A stretch of 64,000 nt of DNA. It comes from Candidatus Krumholzibacteriota bacterium. GTDB lineage: Bacteria > Krumholzibacteriota > Krumholzibacteriia > JAJRXK01. Position 1 is the stretch's first letter, and each line of letters opens with the position of its first letter. The stretch covers positions 896,001-960,000 of the forward strand of contig CAVXTH010000009.1 of assembly GCA_963764625.1 (NCBI GenBank). The letters run 5' to 3'. Positions 43,031 through 50,886 of this stretch are shown here, piece by piece. The notes under the pieces were generated by a model, which saw only the letters and a list, made by a program, of their open reading frames with translations, was not told where the DNA came from and made no database searches. The translations under genes and the position numbers were made by a program.

Positions 43031-45549
43031 TCGGTAGCCGAGTGAAGAAGGCCGAGCTTGTGATCGAGGCCCGGGAGAGTCACTTGGCTCAGGTGCGCGA
43101 TTTTATCGCCCGCATCTGCATGCAGGCCGGGTTCGACGCCGCCGACATCGCCAACTTCAAGCTCGCAGTCGATGAGGCCTGTACCAACATCATTCAGCAT
43201 TCCTATTGCAACCAGGGCGGAGAGATCAGCATCCGGGTGAAGTTCTTTGCCGGTCAGGTCGAGATCATCCTTCAGGACGAAGGAGAGTCCTTCGACTTCG
43301 GATCGGTGGCGGTTCCGGACCTCGATCATTACGTGGCCATCGGCAAGCGTGGTGGGCTCGGGATCTATCTCATCAATCGGATCATGGATGAGGTGGAGTA
43401 CGCGACCGTCGGCGGGACCAACCAGCTCAGAATGCGCATGGATCGGCGTCCCTCGATCGATCGCTGGATCCCGGGAATCCAATTTTCTGCCTTGCACCGG
43501 AGTTTGCGCATGCGGTTCACCCTGCGCGCATCCTTTGGTTTGGCGCTCCTGGTCGTTCTCGCTCTCTCGGTCGTCCACTATCGCCAGCGGCAAGCGATCT
43601 TCGATCAGGATCTCAGCCGGGTCGAGGCGGTGGCGCGCGACTTGGCGGTGCAGTCCCGAAGCGTGCTTGCCAGCAGTGATCCGTATTCGGTGGAGAGGAC
43701 GCTTCTGGAGCAGAGCGTCAGCGAGCTCTCCCGTCACGATTCCACCATTGCTTTCGCGCGCGTCGTGCACGGGACGGACGGCAGCATCTGGGCCGACAGC
43801 AACCTGGACAATCTCTTCAGATCCTGGCAGCCCGAACCGGGCCGGCTGATCAACCACGGCCAGGGGGTGGGAGAGTGGACACGAGTCCAGTTCGACACGG
43901 GAGCGGTTCTGCAGTTGAACTTTCCGGTGAACATGACTGCCCCCACCGGCAAGACCGTGGAACTCGGACGAGTCGTGGTGGGTCTGAGCACCTCGCAACT
44001 GGAGCGTGGCTATCGCTCGGCGCTCCTGCATGCCATGGGAATCGGGTTCATCATTTTGCTGGTGGGAATCCTCCTCATCCTGGTGATGGTGAATCTGTTC
44101 GTCCGACCCATCCAGCAGCTCACCGATGGGGTTCTCGCCATCGGTGACGGTGTGTTGGAGGAGGACATCGAAGTCCATGGGCCCGAGGAGATCTCGACCA
44201 TTGCCGCGGCGTTTAACGAGATCGCCGCCAAGTTCCGCCACGCGCAGTCCCATCTCGTCGAGCAGGAACGTCTGCAAAAGGAAATGCAGCTCGCGCGGGA
44301 GATTCAGCACACCTTGCTCCCCACCACGATGCCTGAACTCTCGGGCTTCGAGATCGCCGCGATGTACCGGGCGGCGGCGGAAGTTGGTGGCGACTACTAC
44401 GACTTTTTCGCGGTGGACGAGGATACCATCGGGATCGTGGTGGCCGACGTGTCGGGAAAGGGAATCCCCGGCAGCTTGGTCATGACCATGATCCGGACCG
44501 CGATGCGCATGGAGGCCAGGGGAAATCACTCGGCCAGCGACGTGCTGAGTCGCGTGAACACCTTCATCACCGAGGACATGCGACGAGGCATGTTCATCAC
44601 CCTGTTCTATATCATTCTCGATTCGCGCAATCGCGTGATCAGCTACTCCTCGGCCGGCCACAATCCCATGCTGCTGTATCGCATCGAGACCGACGAGGTT
44701 TTCTTCCTGAATCCGGCCGGCTTCCCGGTGGGGATTTCGCTGCCCGATCCCGAGTTGTTCTCCAAGACGATCGAGGTGGAACGGGTCCAGTTGCAACAGG
44801 ACGACCTGCTCTTGATCTACACCGACGGGGTGACGGAGGCGATGAACGCGGCACGGGAGCAGTATGGCGAGCAGCGCCTCATCGATTGCGTGCGCAAGAA
44901 CGCGGGCCGGACCGCGGAGGAGTTCATCGCCGCGTTCAACGAGGACATCGCGGCCTTCACTGGCGGCAACGCCCAGAACGACGACATCACCGCAGTCGCG
45001 GTGAAGGAGAAGATGCGTCCGGCCTCTCTGGAGATCGAGCGGCGGCAGCAACTTCTGGACATGGTGGAGCTTGAGGAAATGCCGATCGAGGACGCCTGCC
45101 GGGCCTACGGCACCTCCGTCTCCACTTACTACCGCTGGAGGCGTCTGAAGGAGATGGGTGGGGAAGAGGCTCTGGCCGGCCGGGCGGTCCAGTCCGGATT
45201 GCGCCGGCTCACCGTGGAGGGAAGAGAAGCGTTGGTGGGGTTGGTGCGGACGGATCCGAGCCTAGGTGCCAAGCGCCTGGCCGATCGGCTCTGTGGCTTG
45301 GGTCACGAAGCCAGTGCAAAACTCGTCTACGATGAACTCCTCCGCCTCGACCTGAACAACGAGACCAAGCGGCGCCTCTACTTGCGCCGCCGAGGTTTGA
45401 ACCCGAAAGAGCCCGATTCCCGCCTCAATGGATCCGAGGGATCCCACGGCTTGGACCAAAGCTTGCACGGGGAAAACCAGAGATCACCGGGGGAGGGAGG
45501 GCCGGAAACGCCTTCGCTCGACCCGGAAGACATAAAGTCTCATAACTAG
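43027..45549 (+). CDS. Fusion: RsbW-type HATPase kinase - TM - periplasmic domain - TM - HAMP - SpoIIE/PP2C phosphatase - HTH
   Basis: LAVDEACTNIIQHSY, QDEG, GGLGIYLI; RPIQQL..EEISTIAAAFNEI; VGGDYYD, VADVSGKG, AGHNP, YTDGVTEA, DDIT; ACRAYGTSVSTYYRW. Confidence 0.9.
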   Translation: MIGSRVKKAELVIEARESHLAQVRDFIARICMQAGFDAADIANFKLAVDEACTNIIQHSYCNQGGEISIRVKFFAGQVEIILQDEGESFDFGSVAVPDLDHYVAIGKRGGLGIYLINRIMDEVEYATVGGTNQLRMRMDRRPSIDRWIPGIQFSALHRSLRMRFTLRASFGLALLVVLALSVVHYRQRQAIFDQDLSRVEAVARDLAVQSRSVLASSDPYSVERTLLEQSVSELSRHDSTIAFARVVHGTDGSIWADSNLDNLFRSWQPEPGRLINHGQGVGEWTRVQFDTGAVLQLNFPVNMTAPTGKTVELGRVVVGLSTSQLERGYRSALLHAMGIGFIILLVGILLILVMVNLFVRPIQQLTDGVLAIGDGVLEEDIEVHGPEEISTIAAAFNEIAAKFRHAQSHLVEQERLQKEMQLAREIQHTLLPTTMPELSGFEIAAMYRAAAEVGGDYYDFFAVDEDTIGIVVADVSGKGIPGSLVMTMIRTAMRMEARGNHSASDVLSRVNTFITEDMRRGMFITLFYIILDSRNRVISYSSAGHNPMLLYRIETDEVFFLNPAGFPVGISLPDPELFSKTIEVERVQLQQDDLLLIYTDGVTEAMNAAREQYGEQRLIDCVRKNAGRTAEEFIAAFNEDIAAFTGGNAQNDDITAVAVKEKMRPASLEIERRQQLLDMVELEEMPIEDACRAYGTSVSTYYRWRRLKEMGGEEALAGRAVQSGLRRLTVEGREALVGLVRTDPSLGAKRLADRLCGLGHEASAKLVYDELLRLDLNNETKRRLYLRRRGLNPKEPDSRLNGSEGSHGLDQSLHGENQRSPGEGGPETPSLDPEDIKSHN

Positions 45550-45605
45550 TGAACTTACAATGGGTTCACTGGCGTAGTTCAAGTAGAGAAAGAGATGGGC
45601 TTTCG

Positions 45606-45965
45606 ATGGATGGGATCATGGTCATTTCGAAGGCGCACGAATCCTGCCCGGAGCAGCAAGTACTCGAGGTGGCAGGCTACATCGACACGACCACTTCGGC
45701 CGAGTTCGAACGGGAGATAAAGTCCCTGATTCAATCGAAGCGCTACAAGATCGTCGTGGACCTGTCGAGGGTCTCCTATATCTCCTCGGCTGGCTGGGGG
45801 ATCTTCATCAGTGTCATTCGCGAGATCCGGGAGAACGGTGGCGACTTGAGGCTGGTCGGAATGGTTCCCGACGTCTACGAGGTGTTTGAACTGCTCGAGT
45901 TCCAGAACATCCTCGAGGCTTTCGCCACGGTGGAAGAGGCGGTGGGCGCTTCGGCAGCCACCTAG
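45606..45965 (+). CDS. STAS-domain anti-anti-sigma factor (RsbV/SpoIIAA-like)
   Basis: GYIDTTT, VVDLSRVSYISSAGWG, GGDLRL, VYEVFELL. Confidence 0.9.
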   Translation: MDGIMVISKAHESCPEQQVLEVAGYIDTTTSAEFEREIKSLIQSKRYKIVVDLSRVSYISSAGWGIFISVIREIRENGGDLRLVGMVPDVYEVFELLEFQNILEAFATVEEAVGASAAT

Positions 45966-45990
45966 AATGCCGATCGATCCGAAATTCGAT

Positions 45991-46023
45991 AGCGCCGGCG
46001 CCTGACGCCGGCGCTTTTTGTTT
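45991..46023 (+). terminator. Intrinsic terminator closing the giant-protein/STAS operon
   Basis: AGCGCCGGCG-cctga-CGCCGGCGCT then TTTTGTTT. Confidence 0.9.
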
Positions 46024-46179
46024 ATGGGTGGCGAAGCCGAGCGGATCGTTCTTAGAGTATGCAGCGAGCCCTCCACGGACATGTCCGTTCTCGCCGCGGG
46101 TGATCTCGCCATGATCGAGCGACGGCGGGAGATTCTGCTCGACCTCTTACGAGAGCCTCCCCGGAGAATTGGATTCGCG

Positions 46180-48415
46180 GTGACCCTCTCAAGTTCTTTC
46201 CTTCCCCTGGCGAAACTGAGTGTCTGGCCGGACGGACTGGCGGACTGGACCCTCGTCACGATCCTTCTGGTCGTCGGACTCTTCGTGGCGTATTTCGCCT
46301 ACCACCGCACCCAACCCGCGCTCGAGAGGTCGAAGCGGTGGACTCTGCGGCTCTTGCGCGCGAGCGCGCTCCTCTTGCTCCTCTTTCTCATCCTCGAACC
46401 GATACTTTTCACCAAGCACAGTAAGGTGCTTCCTCCTTCGGTTCTCTTGCTCGTCGACGACAGCGGCAGCATGAACCTGCAAAACCACGATGGGCGAACG
46501 CGTCTACAGCAAGCCCGGCAGGAGGCGGAGTTCGCGCAGAGGGGACTCGAGTCGCGGCACGAAAAGCCCCAGCTTCTCGTGGCCGAGGGTGCGCGTCGTC
46601 TACGCCGTGCTCCCAACTCGGGACAGTCCGAGGGAACCAATCTGCCCGCTCTCCTGTTGTCCGCCGCGCAATCCCATCTGGAGGACAACCTCCAGGCGAT
46701 TCTGCTCCTGAGCGACGGCAGAAGCACGGATCCCGATCTGCCCTCGCTTCGCGGTCTGCAGCTTCCCGTTTTCACTCTGGCCGTCGGGGACAGCAACGGT
46801 CCGGGGGATCTCCGGCTCGATCGAGTGCACTACCCCACGGTTGCCTACCGGGGTGAGACGATCGAGGTCACGGCCGAAGCGGTGGTGGAGGCGAGTGACG
46901 CGGGGCATAGCCGCGCCATCCTCGAGAGTGGCGCGAGCGCCGACACTGTCAGCTTCTCCTGGCCCCGAGGGGGCGGGAGAATCCCTCTGAGCTTCCAGGT
47001 GCGAGCGGACAGCTTGGGAATGCTGCGTCGCACACTGCGGCTGACTCCCCTCAAAGCGGAAGCACTGCTCGAGAACAACGCCATCGAGATCGGGGTGGAG
47101 GTCTTGAAGGATCGCCTGCACGTTCTTCTCCTCGAGTCGCGACCGAGCTGGGATTTCCATTTCTTGCGACGTCGTCTGGCCGAGGACCCTCGCTTCGAGG
47201 TCCAGGGAGTCTACCGCGGGGTGAACGGGTGGCAGGTCGCGGGAAGTGACAGTTCCTGGACACCGCCCGTGGACGCGGCCGCCGCGTCGGGAGTCGATGC
47301 CTGGGTCTTTGCCTCGCTGGAGGACTTCGCGGAATTGAGTGAGAGAGCGCCGGGGAGTGGGAGCTTCGGTGAAAGCCGGAGCCGGTCTCTTCGTCCTCCT
47401 CGGCGAGGCACACGGCCAGCCGCTCCCTTCGCTTCCGAGCGCCGCCGATGAGCTCCTGCCGCTTCGTCTCTCCCCTTCCGCGCATTGGGAGCGGGCACGC
47501 CATCGGGTGGATCTCCTTCCGGCGGGGGTCAGCCATCCCATCTTCGCCTTTCCCGCCTCGGTGGGAGATGCGGCCACGCGTCTCGCGCAGATGCCGCCCC
47601 TGTGGGACGCGGTCCACGGCCTCAGCCCCAAGCCCGACGCCGATGTGCTCCTGCAGGCCCAGGGACCAAAGAGCACGACGCCTTTACTCGTCCTCGGTCG
47701 CGAAGAGAACGGCACCGTCGCGACGTGGTCGGCGTCGCCGTTGTGGAGTTGGTCGTTTTGGCGACTGGGCAGTCGGGAAGGAGAGGACGTCTACCGGGCC
47801 CTCGTGGGCAACCTCATCTACTTCTTGGCCGAGGGCGCCAGCCGTGACCGTCTGCAGCTCATTCTGCCGCGTCCAGTCGTGGCCAGAGGCGAGGACGCGC
47901 TCCTGCGCGCGGTGGTTCTCGATTCGCGCCGCCAGCCCGACGAGTCCAGTGATCTCTGGATCGAGTGGAGGAAGGAGCTGGCATCTACCTCCGATTCGAA
48001 CGAAGCCGTGTTGGGTCGAGCTCTCATGCAACCCTCGCCGCAGGGACCCGCCGGGGGAAGACAGCTCGCGATTCCTCCTCTGCCTCCGGACCACTACCAA
48101 TTCCGCCTCGCACTCGAAGAGAGCTCGGGCCGCATCGTCTCTCCCTGGAGCTCGCTGACCGTCGATCCCTATTCGGTGGAATACCGGCGGCCCGGTGTCG
48201 ACTACGCCCAACTGACCTCCATCGCTCGAGCCACCGGGGGCCGCGAATTGACCATGGACGAACTGGGTGCGTGGGCCCGCGATTTGCCCCTGAGTTCGAA
48301 GATCAAAGAGAGCCGAGGGCGCACCGCCCTCTGGGCCAGTTTCAAGCTCTTCTTCCCCTTCCTGTTGCTCTTGAGTCTGGAGTGGATGCTGCGGCGCCGA
48401 TGGGGACTCGTCTGA
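46180..48415 (+). CDS. Membrane-anchored VWA + Ig + glutamine-amidotransferase-like protein; frameshift ~47350
   Basis: N-terminal TMs LRLLR..LEP; MIDAS LVDDSGSM, LLSDG; C-terminal LLLSLEWMLRRRWGLV. Confidence 0.75.
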
Positions 48416-48493
48416 TCCGAGCTTCTCCGTAGAGCCGCCCGTTCCTGCGGACCCTTCCCCCTCATCGCCTCCACCACGCGAGTCTCCCGGGAG

Positions 48494-50131
48494 GTGCGGC
48501 CAGTGGCACGCATTCTCGGAGTCCTCCTGTTTCTACTTTTGCCCGCCGACGCGCTGGCGCAACTCGTCTTGAACGAAGTTCTCTACGACCCGGCGGGCAG
48601 TGACGGAGGCAAGGAGTTCGTCGAACTCTACGCGCGCGGCGAAAGCGCGCTCTCTCTGGACGGAATCCGGCTCCTCTTCGTCAACGGCGCGGCGCCCGAG
48701 CAACCCAGCGAGATCTGGACGGCTCCGGCGGGACTCACGCTATTGCCCGGCGAGTTCTTCGTGATCGGAGGTAGCGAGGTTCTTCCGCGTGACGTCGAGG
48801 CGACCCTGAGTTTGCAGAACGGTCCGGACGCTCTGTGGTTGGCGCGCGGGGAACAGGTCTTGGACCGGCTGGCCTGGGGCGAACTCGAGGGCCTCGGCGA
48901 AGGTGCGCCCGCGCCGGACGTCGCCAGCGAGAGTCTGGGCCGCATTCCCGACGGGCACGATCTGGACGACAACGCAGCGGATTTCCATCCTCTGAGTCCT
49001 CCGTCTCCCGGACTTCCCAACGCGTCCGAAACGAGCTTGCACCTCTTGAGATTCGAGGCCACCCCGGCCTTCGCGCCCCTGCCGGCCGCGGTCACGATCG
49101 AACTGATCGCCGAGGCCGATGGATTTGCTCCGCAGCAGGAATTCTCGCTGCGTTGGAGACTGGACGATGCTCCCCTCGATCAGATGGTGCTTGGCGTCGC
49201 CGCAAAGGACAGCTTGCGAAGCCGCGTGGAGGCATGGATGACGCGCGGGCGCCACCTCGTCGAAGTGAGCTGGGGCTCCGACTCCTCCTCCGTCGCGCGG
49301 ATGGGCTATCAGGTGGGGCCGGGATCGGTCCTGCTCAACGAAGTCATGGCAAAGCCCCGGGCAGGTCATCCCGAGTGGATCGAGCTGAAGCAGGGAATCG
49401 GGGCTCCCGAGTTCCTGGACGGTTGGGAAATCACGGACGCGACCGAGAGCTGGAAAGGGCTCGACGGACTCGGCTTCTCCCCCGACGGGTTCGCGCTCTT
49501 GAGCTCGGACCCCGACGCGATGCGTTCGATCTTCTCCCTCTCGTCGAAGCTCCCGATCATCACCCCTTCGGGCGGTTGGCCTTCGCTCAACAACACCCAG
49601 ACCAAGGGCAGCCCCTTCGCCGACCAGATTCTCTTGCGCGACGCAAGCGGCACCGTCGTCGACCAGCTCGCATACGGCGAAGATCTCATCGCGGACGCCG
49701 GTCGGAGCATGGAGCGCGGCATCGTCAGTTTCGATTCTCCCCGCGCCTGGTTCATCTCGCCCGGTGAGCCCAGTCCCGGCCGGGAGAACGCCGCCGCCGC
49801 GCTCGACACCCCGGCCCAGGGCTTGGCGCTCGAGCCCAACCCCTTCAGTCCCGACGGAGATGGCGAGGGCGACGTCTTGCACGTGCTGCTCCACGCGGAT
49901 CTGACCGGACTGACCGTGCAGGCCGAGGTCCGCGATCTCTTGGGCTCCAAAGTGATCGAGCTGGGCAGCGAGGAGGCGGGAGGAGATCTCCGCCAGTGGC
50001 TGTGGGACGGTCGCGCCGCCAACGGACAGCGCGTTCCCATGGGAGCCTACGTCGTGGTGGTGCAAAGCGAGGGCGGGCAGCACGCGCCGCGGCGCTGGAC
50101 CGCGCTGGTGGCCTTGGGGCGGCGACGATGA
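48494..50131 (+). CDS. Lamin-tail-domain protein (two LTDs) with C-terminal sorting domain
   Basis: LVLNEVLYDP..EFVELY and LLNEVMAKP..EWIEL; SLQNGPD, SPG; CTD PNPFSPDGDG..WDGR..G..VPMGAY. Confidence 0.82.
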   Translation: MRPVARILGVLLFLLLPADALAQLVLNEVLYDPAGSDGGKEFVELYARGESALSLDGIRLLFVNGAAPEQPSEIWTAPAGLTLLPGEFFVIGGSEVLPRDVEATLSLQNGPDALWLARGEQVLDRLAWGELEGLGEGAPAPDVASESLGRIPDGHDLDDNAADFHPLSPPSPGLPNASETSLHLLRFEATPAFAPLPAAVTIELIAEADGFAPQQEFSLRWRLDDAPLDQMVLGVAAKDSLRSRVEAWMTRGRHLVEVSWGSDSSSVARMGYQVGPGSVLLNEVMAKPRAGHPEWIELKQGIGAPEFLDGWEITDATESWKGLDGLGFSPDGFALLSSDPDAMRSIFSLSSKLPIITPSGGWPSLNNTQTKGSPFADQILLRDASGTVVDQLAYGEDLIADAGRSMERGIVSFDSPRAWFISPGEPSPGRENAAAALDTPAQGLALEPNPFSPDGDGEGDVLHVLLHADLTGLTVQAEVRDLLGSKVIELGSEEAGGDLRQWLWDGRAANGQRVPMGAYVVVVQSEGGQHAPRRWTALVALGRRR

Positions 50132-50886
50132 AGTGGCGGCACCTCGGGTGCGTCGTGCTTCTCTGCGCGTTCCCCGCATTCGCCTACTGCACTTCCTTCT
50201 CGGGCTCGAAGCGACTGGAGGCTCTGCCCGGCGACACGTGGATGAGACCGCCATCTGCGCGCTTGCGTCTGGCGGTCGGAGCCCCGGTGGCCTTCACTCC
50301 GTGCAGCCAAGGGTGGATGGAGAGTTCCTGGCGGCTCGGCTCCTCCTGCCTCCTCTGGACCTTGGCGGGACAGCTGCGGGCGGGCGCCTATTCGGAGCAA
50401 GACCTGGGGCTGGGACTTCGGGTCGGCGGTGAGTCACTCTGCGCTCAAGCGCGAGTTCACCGGCAAGGCCGACGAGTGGACGGAATCGCCGGCGAGAACA
50501 CCATGCGCGGCGAGCTGGCGTTGGTTCTGAAGGCGAACGGATTTCGCTTTGGGGTTCAGCAGGAATTCTCTCTGTCCCATGGCCCGGTTGAATTGCCGTC
50601 GATCAGCGCCTACGCGTTCGCCCTCACGGGCGAGTTCTGGTCCGCGACTCTCTTGCGAGAAGACTCCCCGTTTGAAGCCGAGGGCGCCTGGAGCGCGGGT
50701 CTTCAGCTGACGCTTACGGCGCTCTCGCTCGGATTCAAAGGCGACGAAGAGGGAGGAAGTCTTCAGCTGGGTCTCCGTCGCGGGCCCTGGAATTTTCTGC
50801 TGGCACTTCCCGTGGCTTCGAGCATCGACGCGGGTCCCTACCTCGCCTTGGAGATCGGCTGGCCGGAAGGGGGGGCGTCACGATGA
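50128..50886 (+). CDS. Hypothetical exported beta-strand protein, possibly a divergent PorV-like barrel
   Basis: Signal peptide; amphipathic strands (YSEQDLGLGL, LQLGLR, YLALEIGW); overlaps neighbours by ATGA. Confidence 0.5.
   Translation: MKWRHLGCVVLLCAFPAFAYCTSFSGSKRLEALPGDTWMRPPSARLRLAVGAPVAFTPCSQGWMESSWRLGSSCLLWTLAGQLRAGAYSEQDLGLGLRVGGESLCAQARVHRQGRRVDGIAGENTMRGELALVLKANGFRFGVQQEFSLSHGPVELPSISAYAFALTGEFWSATLLREDSPFEAEGAWSAGLQLTLTALSLGFKGDEEGGSLQLGLRRGPWNFLLALPVASSIDAGPYLALEIGWPEGGASR

Noticed and set aside
42889-45051. 720-aa minus-strand ORF (and similar ones at 7053-8696, 29002-30666, 48740-50254, 61074-62378)
   Set aside because: Antisense shadows of well-supported + strand genes in high-GC DNA; no recognisable motifs
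45037-45549. Intact IS481-like insertion sequence
   Set aside because: Only the HTH region is present, fused in frame; no DDE core, terminal inverted repeats or target duplication visible
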